Of a stretch of 64,000 nt of DNA, positions 24,266 through 37,829 are shown in pieces. The DNA lies in NCBI GenBank assembly GCA_964016885.1, contig OZ024750.1, positions 51,460,001 to 51,524,000 of the forward strand, in the 5' to 3' direction. This DNA is from Eledone cirrhosa. Lineage: Eukaryota. Made by a program: the position numbers and the translations under genes. Each line of letters opens with the position of its first letter. Position 1 is the stretch's first letter. The notes beneath the pieces were generated by a model. It saw only the letters and a program-made list of their open reading frames with translations, did not search any database and had not been told where the DNA came from.

Positions 24266-26350
24266 ACAGTCACACAGTCACACAGTCATATAGTCATACA
24301 GTCACACAGTCACACAGTGATATAGTCATACAGTCACACAGGCACACAGTCACACAGTCACACAGTCACACAGTCACACAGTCACACAGTCATATAGTCA
24401 TACAGTCACACAGTCACACAGTCACACAGCCACACAGTCACACAGTCACACAGTTACACAGTCACACAGTCTCACAGTCATATAGTCATACAGTCACACA
24501 GTCACACAGTCACACAGTCACACAGTCACACAGTCATATAGTCATACAGTCACGCAGTCACACAGTCACACAGTCACACAGTCACACAGTCATATAGTCA
24601 TACAGTCACACAGGCACACAGTCACACAGTCACACAGTCACACAGTCACACAGTCATATAGTCATACAGTCACACAGTCACACAGTCACACAGTCACACA
24701 GTCATATAGTCATACAGTCACACAGGCACACAGTCACACAGTCACACAGTCACACAGTCACACAGTCATATAGTCATACAGTCACACAGGCATACAGTCA
24801 CACAGTCAAAAGTCACACAGTCACACAATCACAGTCACACAATCACACAGTCACAGTCACACAGTCACACAGTCACATACAGTCACACAGTCACACAATC
24901 ACACAGCCACACAGTCACACAGTCACACAGTCACACAGTCACACAGTCACAGAATCACACAGTCACACAATTACAGTCACACATTCACACAGTCACACAG
25001 TCATACAGTCACACAGTCACACAATCACACAGTCATACAGTCACATAGCCACACAGTCACATATTCACACATTCTCACAGTCATACAGTCACACAGTCAC
25101 ACAATCACACAGCCACACAGTCACACAGTCACACAGCCACACAGTCACAGAATCACACAGTCACACAATTACAGTCACACATTCACACAGTCACACAGTC
25201 ATAAGTCACACAGTCACACAGTCACACAGTCATACAGTCACACAGACACGGTCACATTGTCACACCCAGTAACATAGTCACACAGTCACACAGTCACCCA
25301 GTCACACAGTCATACAGTCATACAGTCACACAGCCACACAGTCACACATTCACACAGTCATACAGTCACACAGTCACACAGTTACACAGGCACACAGTCA
25401 CACAGTCACACAGTCACACAGTCATACAGTCATACAGTCACACAGTCATACAGGCATACAGTCACAGCCACACAGTCACACAGTCACACAGTCACACAGT
25501 CACACAGTCTCACAGTCACACAGTCACATAGTCACACAGTCACACAGTCATACAGTCACACAGCCACACAGTCACATAGCCACACAGTCACACAGTCACA
25601 CAGTCACACAGTCACACAGTCACACAGTCATACAGTCATACAGTCACACAGCCACACAGTCACATAGCCACACAGTCACACAGTCACACAGTCACACAGT
25701 CATATAGTCATACAGTCACACAGTCACACAGTCACACAGTCACACAGTCACACAGTCACACAGTCATACAGTCACATAGCCACACAGTCACACAGTCACA
25801 CAGTCACACAGCCACACAGTCACACAGTCACACAGTCATACAGTCACACAGGCATACAGTCACACAGTCACACAGTCACATAGCCACACAGTCACACAGT
25901 CACACAGTCACACAGTCACACAGTCACACAGCCACACAGTCACACAGTCACACAGTCACACAGTCACACAGTCACACAGTCACATAGCCACACAGTCACA
26001 CAGTCACACAGCCACACAGTCACACAGTCACACAGTCACACAGTCACACAGTCATACAGTCACATAGCCACACAGTCACACAGTCACACAGTCACACAGT
26101 CACACAGTCACACAGTCACACAGCCACACAGTCACACAGTCACATAGCCACACAGTCACACAGTCACACAGTCACACAGTCACACAGTCACACAGTCACA
26201 CAGTCACACAGTCATACAGTCACATAGCCACACAGTCACACAGTCACACAGCCACACAGTCACATAGTCACACAGTCACACAGTCACACAGTCACACAGT
26301 CTCACAGTCACACAGTCACATAGTCATACAGTCACACAGTCGGACAGTCA
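24266..26350. repeat. 8-bp tandem array (CAGTCACA)n
   Basis: Direct reading. Confidence 0.97.
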
Positions 26351-26354
26351 TTGC

Positions 26355-29300
26355 ATGTTATGGTGTGATTCGGTGGGTGTGGTATGGTATGGTGTGGTAT
26401 GGTATGTTATGGTATTGTGTGGTATGGTATTGTATGGTGTGTATGGTGTGGTATAGTATGGTATGTATGGTAGAGTATGGTATGTTATGGTAGGTTATGG
26501 TATGGTATGGTATGGTATGGTATGGTATCTATGGTGTGGTATAGTATGGTATGTATGGTAGAGTATGGTGTGGTATGGTATGTTATGGTATGTTATGGTA
26601 CGGTATGGTGTGGTAGAGTATGGTGTGGTATGGTATGGTGTGGTACGGTATGGTGTGGTAGAGTATGGTATGGTATGGTGTGGTAGAGTATGGTGTGGTA
26701 TGGTATGTTATGGTATGGTATGGTTTGGTATGGTATGGTGTGGTAGAGTATGATGTGGTATGGTATGTTATGGTATGGTATGGTATGGTGTGGTAGAGTA
26801 TGGTGTGGTATGGTATGTTATGGTATGGTATGGTGTGTGTGGTAGAGTATGGTGTGGTATGGTATGTTATGGTATGGTATGGTGTGTGTGGTAGAGTATG
26901 GTGTGGTATGGTATGTTATGGTATGGTATGGTATGCTATGGTATGGTATGGTATGTTATGGTATGTTATGGTATGGTATGTTATGGTATGGTATGTTATG
27001 TTATGGTATGTTATGGTATGGTATGGTGTGGTATGTTATGGTATGTTATGGTATGGTATGGTATGGTGTGGTATGGTATGGTGTGGTATGGTATGTTATG
27101 GTATGTTATGGTATGCTATGGTGTGGTATGGTATGTTATGGTATGTTATGGTATGGTATGGTATGGTATGGTATGTTATGGTATGGTATGGTAGGTTATG
27201 GTATGGTATGATGTGTATAGTAGAGTATGGTGTGATATGGTATGGGATGGTATGTTATGGTATGGTGTGGTAGAGTATGGTGTGTTATGGTATGGTATTG
27301 TATGGTATGGTATGTATGGTAGAGTATGGTGTGGTATGGTATGTTATGGTATGGTATGATGTGTATGGTAGAGTATGGTGTGATATGGTATTGTATGGTA
27401 TGTTATGGTGTGGTAGAGTATGGTGTGGTATGGTATGTTATGTTATGGTATGGTATGGTATGGTATGTATGGTAGAGTATGGTGTGGTATGGTATGTTAT
27501 GGTATGTTATGGTGTGGTATGGTATGGTGTGGTAGAGTATGGTGTGGTATGGTATGTTATGGTATGGTATGGTGTGGTATGGTGTGTATGGTAGAGTATG
27601 GTGAGGTATGGTATGTTATGGTATGTTATGGTATGGTATGGTAGAGTATGGTGTGGTATGGTATGTTATGGTATGTTATGGTATGGTATGTATGGTAGAG
27701 TATGGTGTGGTATGGTATGTTATGGTATGTTATGGTGTGGTATGGTATGGTGTGGTAGAGTATGGTGTGGTATGGTATGTTATGGTATGGTATGGTGTGG
27801 TATTGTGTGTATGGTAGAGTATGGTGAGGTATGGTATGTTATGGTATGTTATGGTATGGTATGGTAGAGTATGGTGTGGTATGGTATGTTATGGTATGTT
27901 ATGGTATGGTATGTATGGTAGAGTATGGTGTGGTATGGTATGTTATGGTATGTTATGGTATGGTATGGTATGGTGTGGTAGAGTATGGTGATGGTATGGT
28001 ATGTTATGGTATGTTATGGTATGGTAGAGTATGGTGTGGTATGGTATGTTATGGTATGTTATGGTATGGTATGGTATGGTATGGTATGGTGTGGTAGAGT
28101 ATGGTGTGGTATGGTATGTTATGGTATGTTATGGTATGTTATGGTATGGTATGGTATGATGTGGTAGAGTATGGTGTGTTATGGTATGTTATGGTATGGT
28201 ATGGATGGGTAGAGTATGGTATGGTATGGTATGGTGTGGTATGCTGTGGTATGTTATGGTGTGGTATGGTGTGTATGGTAGTGTATGGTGTGGTATGGTA
28301 TGTTATGGTATGGTATGGTGTGGTATGGTGTGTATGGTATGATATGGTACGGTATGGTGTGGTATGGTGTGGTATAGTATGGTGTGGTATGGTATGGTAT
28401 GGTGTGGTGTGGTGTGGTATGGTGTGGTATGGTATGGTGTGGTATGAGATAGTGTGGTGTAGTATGGTGTGGAATGGCGTGGTGTGGTATGGTGGGGTAT
28501 GGTATGATATGGTATGGTGTGGTATAGTATGGTGTGGTATGGTATGGAGTGGTGTGGTATGTTATGGTGTCGTATGGTATGGTGTGGTGTGGAATGGTGT
28601 GGTATGGTATGGTATGGTGTGGTATGGTATTATGTGGTGTGGTATAGTATGGTGTGGTATGGCGTGGTATGGTGTGGTGTGCTGTGGTGTGGTATGGTGT
28701 GGTGTGGTATCGTGTCGTGTGGTATGGTGTGGTATGGTGTGGTGTGGTATGGTATGCTGTGGTATGGTGTGGGATGGTATGGTGTCGTAAGGTGTGGTAT
28801 GGTATGGTATGGTGTGGTGTGATATGGTATGGTTTGGTATGGTATGGTATAGTGTGGTGTAGTATGGTGTCGTATAGTGTGGTGTGGTATGGTGTCGTAT
28901 AGTGTGGTATGGTATGCTATGGTATAGTATGGCGTGGTGTGGTATGTTGTGGTATGGTGTGGTATGGTATGGTGGGTGTGGTGTGGTAGACTATGGTATG
29001 TTGTGGTATGGTGTGGTATGGTATGGTGTGGTATACTATGGTATGTTGTGGTATGGTGTGGTATGGGATGGTGTGGTATGGTATGGTGTGGTATGGTGTG
29101 GTATGGTATGGTGTGGTATGGCGTTGTATGGTGTGTTATGGTATGGTGTGATGTGGTATGGTATGGTGTGGTGTGGTATGGTATGATATGTTGTGGTGTG
29201 TTATCATATGGTATGGTGTGGTATGGTATGGTATGGTATGGTGTGGTGTGGTATAGTATGGTGTGGTATGGTATGGAGTGATGTGGTATGTTATGGTGTC

Positions 29301-31400
29301 GTATGGTATGGTGTGGTGTGGAATGGTGTGGTATGGTATGGTATGGTGTGGTATGGTATTATGTGGTGTGGTATAGTATGGTGTGGTATGGCGTGGTATG
29401 GTGTGGTGTGCTGTGGTGTGGTATGGTGTGGTGTGGTATCGTGTCGTGTGGTATGGTGTGGTATGGTGTGGTATGGTGTGGTGTGGTATGGTATGCTGTG
29501 GTATGGTGTGGGATGGTATGGTGTGGTAAGGTGTGGTATGGTATGGTATGGTGTGGTATGATATGGTATGGTTTGGTATGGTATGGTATAGTGTGGTGTA
29601 GTATGGTGTGGTATAGTGTGGTGTGGTATGGTGTGGTGTGGTATGGTATGCTATGGTATAGTATGGCGTGGTGTGGTATGTTGTGGTATGGTGTGGTATG
29701 GTATGGTGGGTGTGGTGTGGTATACTATGGTATGTTGTGGTATGGTGTGGTATGGTATGGTGTGGTGTGGTATACTATGGTATGTTGTGGTATGGTGTGG
29801 TATGGTATGGGATGGTGTGGTATGGTATGGTGTGGTATTGTGTGGTATGGTGTGGTATGGTGTGGTATGGCGTTGTATGGTGTGTTATGGTATGGTGTGA
29901 TGTGGTATGGTATGGTGTGGTGTGGTATGGTATGATATGGTGTGGTGTGTTATGATATGGTATGGTATGGTGTGGCATGGTATGGTATGGTATGGTATGG
30001 TGTGGTGTGGTGTGGTATGGTGGGTGTGGTATGGAATGGTATGGTATGGTGTGGAATGGTGTGGTATGGTGGGTGTGGTATGGTGTGTTTTGGTATGGTA
30101 TGGTGTTGTATGTTATGGTATAGTATGGTGTGCTATGGTATGGTATGGTGTGGTATGTTATGGTGTGGTATAGTATGGTATGGTATGAAGTGGTATGGTA
30201 TGGTATGCTGTGGTATGGTATTGTAATGGTATGTTGTAGTATGGTGTGTGTGGTATGGTATGGCATGAAATTTGTATGGTATGGTGTGGTATGGTGTGGT
30301 ATGGTATGGTGTGGTGTGGTATGGTGGGTATGGTATGGTATGGTGTGGTATGGTGTGGTATGGTATGGTGTGTTGTGGTATGGTGGGTGTGGTATGGTAT
30401 GGTGTGGTATGGTGTGGTGTGATGTGGTATGGTTGGTGTGGTATGGTATGGTGTGGTATGGTGTGGTATGTTATGGTGTGATATTGTATGGTGTGGTATG
30501 GTGGGTGTGGTATGGTATGGTGTTGTGTGGTATGGTATGGTGTGGTATGGTATGGTGTGATATTGTATGGTGTGGTATGATATGGTGTGGTATGGTATGT
30601 TATGGTGTGTTATGGAATGGTATCGTATGGTGTAGTGTGGTGTGGTATGGTATGGTATGGTGTGTTCTGGTATGGTGTGGTATGGTATGGTGTGGTATGG
30701 TTTGTATGGTATGGTATGGTGTGGTATGGTTTGTATGGTATGGTATGGTGTGGTATGGTGGGTTTGGTATGGTGTGGTATGGTGGGGGTGGTACGGTATG
30801 GTGGGGGTGGTACGGTATAGTGTGGTATGGTGTAGTGTGATGTGGTATGGTATGGTGTGATATGGTATGGTGTGATATGGTATGGTATGGTGTGGTATGG
30901 TATGGTATGGTGTGGTATGGTATGGTATGGTTTGGTATGGTTTGTATGGTAAGGTATGGGGTGGTATGGTATGGTATGGTGTGGTATGGTATGGTATGGT
31001 GTGGTATGGTGCGGTATGGTGCGGTATGGTGGGTGTGGTATGGTGTGGTATGGTGGGGGTGGTATGGTATGGTATGGTGTGGTATGGTATGGTGTAGTAT
31101 GGTATGGTGTGGTATGGTGGGTGTGGTGTGGTATGTTGTGGTGTGGTATGGTATGGTGTGGTATGGTGGGTGTGGTGTGGTATGATGTGGTGTGGTATAG
31201 TATGGTGTGGTATGGTGAGTGTGGTATGGTACAGTATTGTGGATGTGGTGTGGTATGATGTGGTGCGGTATGGTATGGTGTGGTATGGTATGGTATGATA
31301 TGGTATAGTGTGGTATGGTGTGGTATGGTATGGTGTGGTATGGTATGGTGTGGTATGGTATGGTATGTTATAGTGTGGTATGGTGTGGTATGGTATGGTA
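26355..31400. repeat. 5-bp array (GGTAT/GGTGT/GTTAT)n, ~5 kb
   Basis: Direct reading. Confidence 0.97.
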
Positions 31401-33205
31401 ACCCATAATTTCTTTGTGGACGATCTGAAACTCTATGCCAAGGACATGGATGGGATGAAGAAAAATATTGACCTAGTTACAACGTTCTCAAAGGATATAG
31501 GAATGGAGTTTGGCCAAGATAAATGATCATACATGACTGTAAAGCGGGGAAAAACAACAACCCAATCTAGCAACATTGTCATCAATGGTCTAACTGTTTC
31601 AGCAATATCTGATGAGGACTGCTACAGATACCTGGGGATAGATGAGAACATATCCTATAATGGTATCTGTAATAAGGAACGCGTAACCAGGGAATGCTAC
31701 ACCCGATTGAGAAAGATCTGGTCATCGGAACTCTCTGCCCAAAACAAAACAGTGGCTCACAATGTGTTTGCTGTGCTTGTCCTAACACCAACTTTTGATA
31801 CTCAATTGGACGATAGACGAAATCCGAGCAGTTGATGTTGGAACTCGAAAAATACTAAACAACACCGGAAACATCCACATCAACAGTGACATTTTACTTG
31901 AAACGTAAGCAGGGAGGGAGAGGCCTAACATCAGTCCAGACAACATTTGAATCTCGCATAATATGCCTCCGACAACATCTACGAACCTCGAAGCGTAGGA
32001 GCCCGTCTCTTGTGCAAGTCTATCTGCTTGAAACAGATAAGATCATGAGAGTTGGGAAGGAACTCCTTGAGAGATATTCCCTGTGTGATAATCAAAAACT
32101 CACACCCAGGGATGTCGCTCAGCAGTACCGCAGTGAATCCATGGATGAAAAACTGCATGCTATCAGCAAAATATCATGCATGGATATATTGCCAGGAAGC
32201 TCTAGAGTGAGAGTAATATAGATAAGGAGAGTAGTCTATCTTGGACCAACAACTGCTATATTGGCCCCCATCTTGAAGGATACGCTTTTGCAATCCAAGA
32301 ACAGGAGATTAACACGAAATACCTGATTCACAAAAGAGATAGGGATGGAGGCAAAACACCTAGATGTGATAACAAGTACTGACTCTGCAGAACTAACATC
32401 GAAGATATCACCCATGTCACCAGCAGCTGTCCAAAGATGTCATTGCGGTACTATCTACCTATGAGGCATGATGTAGTGGCCAAAACACTGTACAATGCAA
32501 TTCGTAAAAAAGATAGCCCCGATAATAGACTTATTAAAAGCTACAGCAATGTGGAAGACATCCATGTACATAATATGAAAGAGTACTGGTGGAATGTTCA
32601 AGTAAAAACCCCAGTAAAATGCAGGCATAACAGACCAGATATTATGATATAGGACAGAGAGAAGAAAGCATGCTCAGTAGTGGAAGTTAGCTGCCCAGCA
32701 GATGCCAATATGATATCAAAGATTAGTGAAAAGGAAAATATGTATGCAGAACTGATGAGAAATCTGCAGAAACTCCACCCTGATTACACCTTCAGATTTA
32801 TGCCTGTGATAATTGGAGCACTGGGATATGTTAGTAACTGCCTCGATACAAATCTTGAGAAGCTAGGCTTCAAAAGAACAGAAAGAAGACAACTAGTTAG
32901 GAAATTACAAGTACAACTCATTAATGGAACAATAAAAATATGTAAAACATTCCAAATAATTTGCATCTAATAACTGCATATGCATATGTACAGATACAAA
33001 GCATATACAACTGCACACATACAACTCAAAATATACACATCCACACATACAATAACATCCATATCTACACATGCAGACATGCATACATAATCTACCTAGT
33101 TGATGTTGTGTAAAGTCCAATGAGAGAGTCTTGTGTCTATGTTAGAAATCAACTCTCTCTCTCTATTGGTAAACAAGTTGTGAAATTATAAAACCAGAAG
33201 AACAT
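31401..33205 (+). mobile_element. 5'-truncated, decayed R4/Dong-like RLE retrotransposon
   Basis: THNFFVDDLKLYAK, YRYLGIDE, KQGGRGL, AIQEQEI, Zn knuckle (LC...EDITHVTSSC), RHD, EYWWN, HNRPDIMI..VEVSCP, PVIIGALG; the 3' UTR ends in (ATAC)n. Confidence 0.9.
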
Positions 33206-33227
33206 ACATACATACGTACATACAAAC

Positions 33228-34115
33228 ATGGTGGCTGCCAACTCGTTTTCGAGTACGGCCACTACTTTATATCCATGTAGGAGAACCTCTACCAGCGCGC
33301 TGAACGAGTGTGGCTTTTTAGTCCAGCCAGCGACTTGAAAACTCTGGTACAAACACTACACTTGTGACAATTATTGACACACAGTGCTGGGCCCATGGTA
33401 CCATGTGACGACAAGTGCAGAGAGATCTCCAGATATAAAGCAATGCCTGTGCCATGAAGCTTTTATAGTGAGCAAAGGCACTGCACAAAGCCAGTCCCAC
33501 TCTCTTAACCAAGATGATATTTACCAAAAAGAAGAACAAGTCAACATCACTGGATACCATCAGGGTTGCAGGTGTTATATCAGAGTTTTCCTTCTCCTAG
33601 AATTCTGCCTTAACAAAGGCTAAGAGGTCATCTCTCCCGGTGATTTTGGATGGCCATTGACTCTTACGAGCTCCTTTGCCCTTTGACAGGTTTTGGTTTT
33701 AGTCCTGCAGGATGTCCAAAGTCACCCTCCTCACCAAGAAACCTTGGTGGGGTTGCCAGTTTAGTCGCCAACGATCCGACCATGGGACAGTTTGTACTGG
33801 GATATATGTTACTACCAGTAGCACCATATACATACATACATACATATATATATACATACATACATATATACATACATACACACATGGCGGCTGCCAACTC
33901 GTTTTCGAGTATGGCCACTACTTTATATCCATGTAGGAGAACCCCTACCGATGCGCTGAACGAGTGTGACTTTTTAGTCCAGTCAGCGACTTGAAAACTC
34001 TGGTACAAACACTACACTTGTGACAATTATTGACACATAGTGCTGGGCCCATGATACCATGTGACGACAAGTGCAGAGAGATCTCCAGATATAAAGCAAT
34101 GCCTGTGTCGTGAAG
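33228..34115 (-). mobile_element. Two tandem non-autonomous RTE derivatives (33228-33826 full, 33884-34115 5'-truncated)
   Basis: Same family as 20158; remnant HKCSVCTRVFKSLTGLKSHTRS; (ATGT)n tails. Confidence 0.78.
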
Positions 34116-34228
34116 CATACAAACATACAAACATACATACATATATACATATAAATATGTGAGAAGGAAAGACATAGACACTGAGACAGTGAGACAGAGA
34201 CTGTTTCTGTATCACATCATTTCACGGT

Positions 34229-37200
34229 TGAATATACAACAGCAATAATAAACAACATTGCTATTGTGAAATATACTACAGCAATAATAAACAACATTGC
34301 TATTGTGAAATATACTACAGCAATAATAAACAACATTGCTATTGTGAAATATACTACAGCAATAATAAACAACATTGCTATTGTGAAATATACTACAGCA
34401 ATAATAAACAACATTGCTATTGTGAAATATACTACAGCAATAATAAACAAAATTGCTATTGTGAAATATACTACAGCAATAATAAACAACATTGCTATTG
34501 TAAAATATACTACAGCAATAATAAACAACATTGCTATTGTGGAATATACTACAGCAACAATAAACAACATTGCTATTGTGAAATATACTACAGCAATAAT
34601 AAACAACATTGCTATTGTGAAATATACTACAGCAATAAACAACATTGCTATTGTGAAATATACTACAGCAATAATACACAACATTGCTATTGTGAAATAT
34701 ACTACAGCAACAATAAACAACATTGCTGTTGTGAAATATACTACAGCAACAATAAACAACATTTCTATTGTGGAATATACTACAGCAATAATAAACAACA
34801 TTGCTATTGTGGAATATACTACAGCAATAATAAACAACATTGCTATTGTGAAATATACTACAGCAATAATAACCAACATTGCTATTGTGAAATATACTAT
34901 AGCAATAATAAACAACATTGCTATTGTGGAATATACTACAGCAATAATAAACAACATTGCTATTGTGGAATATACTACAGCAATAATAAACAACATTGCT
35001 ATTGTGAAATATACTACAGCAATAATAAACAACATTGCTATTGTGAAATATACTACAGCAATAATAAACAACATTGCTATTGTGAAATATACTACAGCAA
35101 TAATAAACAACATTGCTATTGTGAAATATACTACAGCAATAATAAACAACATTGCTATTGTGAAATATACTACATCAATAATAAACAACATTGCTATTGT
35201 GAAATATACTACAGCAATAATAAACAACATTGCTATTGTGAAATATACTACAGCAATAATAAACAACATTGCTATTGCGAAATATCCTACAGCAATAATA
35301 AACAACATTGCTATTGTGAAATATACTACAGCACTAATAAACAACATTGCTATTGTGAAATATACTACAGCAATAATAAGCAACATTGCTATTGTGAAAT
35401 ATACTACAGCAATAATAAACAACATTGCTATTGTGGAATATACTACAGCAATAATAAACAACATTGCTATTGTAAAATATACTACAGCAATAATAAACAA
35501 CATTGCTATTGTGGAATATACTACAGCAATAATAAACAACATTGCTATTGTGAAATATACTACAGCAATAATAAACAACATTGCTATTGTGAAATATACG
35601 ACAGCAATAATAAACAACATTGTTATTGTGAAATATACTACAGCAATAATAAACAACATTGTTATTGTGAAATATACTACAGCAATAATAAAGGACATTG
35701 CTATTGTGAAATATACTACAGCAATAATAAACAATATTGTTATCGTGAAATATACTACAGCAATAATAAACAACATTGCTATTGTGAAATATTACAGCAA
35801 TAATAAACAACATTGCTATTGTGAAATATACTACAGGAATAATAAACAACATTGCTATTGTGAAATATACTACAGCAATAATAAACAACATTGCTATTGT
35901 GAAATATACTACAGCAATACTAAACAACATTGCTATTGTGACATATACTACAGCAATAAATAACATTGCTATTGCGAAATATACTACAGCAATAATAACC
36001 AACATTGCTATTGTGAAATATACTACAGAAATAATAAACAATATTGCTATTGTGACATATACTACAGCAATAAACAACTTTGCTATTGTGAATTATACTA
36101 CAGCAATAATAACCAACATTGCTATTGTGAAATATACTACAGCAATAATGAACAACATTGCTATTGTGAAATATACTACAGCAATAATAAACAACATTGC
36201 TATTGGGAAATACACTACAGCAATAAAAAACATCGCTATTGTGAAATATTACAGCAATAATAAACAACATTGCTATTGTGAAATATACTACAGCAATAAA
36301 CAACATTGCTATTGTGAAATATTACAGCAATAATAAACAACATTGCTATTGGGAAATATACTACAACAATAAATAACATTGCTATTGTGAAATATTACAG
36401 CAATAATAAACAACATTGCTATTGTGAAATATACTACAGCAATAAACAACATTGCTATTGTGAAATATTACAGCAATAATAAACAACATTGCTATTGGGA
36501 AATATACTACAACAATAAATAACATTGCTATTGGGAAATATACTACAACAATAAATAACATTGCTATTGTGAAATATTACAGCAATAATAAACAACATTG
36601 CTATTGCGAAATATACTACAGCAATAATAAACAACATTGTTATTGTGAAATATACTACAGCAATAATAAACAACATTGCTATTGCGAAATATACTACAGC
36701 AATAAACAACATTGCTATTGTGAAATATTACAGCAATAATAAACAACATTGCTATTGCGAAATATACTACAGCAATAAACAACATTGCTATTGTGAAATA
36801 TTACAGCAATAATAAACAACATTGCTATTGCGAAATATACTACAGCAATAAACAACATTGCTATTGTGAAATATTACAGCAATAATAAACAACATTGCTA
36901 TTGCGAAATATACTACAGCAATAAACAACATTGCTATTGTGAAATATCACAGCAATAATAAACAACATTGCTATTGCGAAATATACTACAGCAATAAACA
37001 ACATTGCTATTGTGAAATATTACAGCAATAATAAACAACATTGCTATTGCGAAATATACTACAGCAATAAACAACATTGCTATTGTGAAATATTACAGCA
37101 ATAATAAACCATATTGCTATTGCGAAATATACTACAGCAATAAACAACATTGCTATTGTGAAATATTACAGCAATAATAAACAACATTGCTATTGCGAAA

Positions 37201-37676
37201 TATACTACAGCAATAAACAACATTGCTATTGTGAAATATTACAGCAATAATAAACAACATTGCTATTGCGAAATATACTACAGCAATAAACAACATTGCT
37301 ATTGTGAAATATTACAGCAATAATAAACAACATTGCTATTGCGAAATATACTACAGCAATAAACAACATTGCTATTGTGAAATATTACAGCAATAATAAA
37401 CAACATTGCTATTGCGAAATATTACAGCAATAATAAACAACATTGCTATTGCGAAATATACTACAGCAATAAACAACATTGCTATTGGGAAATATACTAC
37501 AGCAATAAACAACATTGCTATTGTGAAATATTACAGCAATAATAAACAACATTGCTATTGTGAAATATACTACAGCAATAAACAACATTGCTATTGTGAA
37601 ATATACTACAGCAATAAACAACATTGCTATTGTGAAATATACTACAGCAATAAACAACATTGCTATTGGGAAATAT
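34229..37676. repeat. 39-bp minisatellite with 36-bp deletion variants
   Basis: Unit gctattgtgaaatatactacagcaataataaacaacatt. Confidence 0.97.
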
Positions 37677-37829
37677 AAAAATAAAATTGAAACAACTCCG
37701 TAAAACTACAATAAATTGGTCGAAAGTTTTAATAGAAAAATCCTGGTTAAATTTGATATGAAGTTGTAATATCTGTAGCATGGTTAGAGTGTGTGGATTG
37801 TAGGGGTGGTAATCCTTGATCGTAGGTGG

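Noticed and set aside
26477-31298. Many W/Y/G/M/V/C-rich ORFs
   Set aside because: Artefacts of the pentamer array.
34212-37781. Long ORFs of 519, 565 and 247 aa
   Set aside because: They are translations of the 39-bp (13-codon) minisatellite, open on both strands, with no unique coding flanks.
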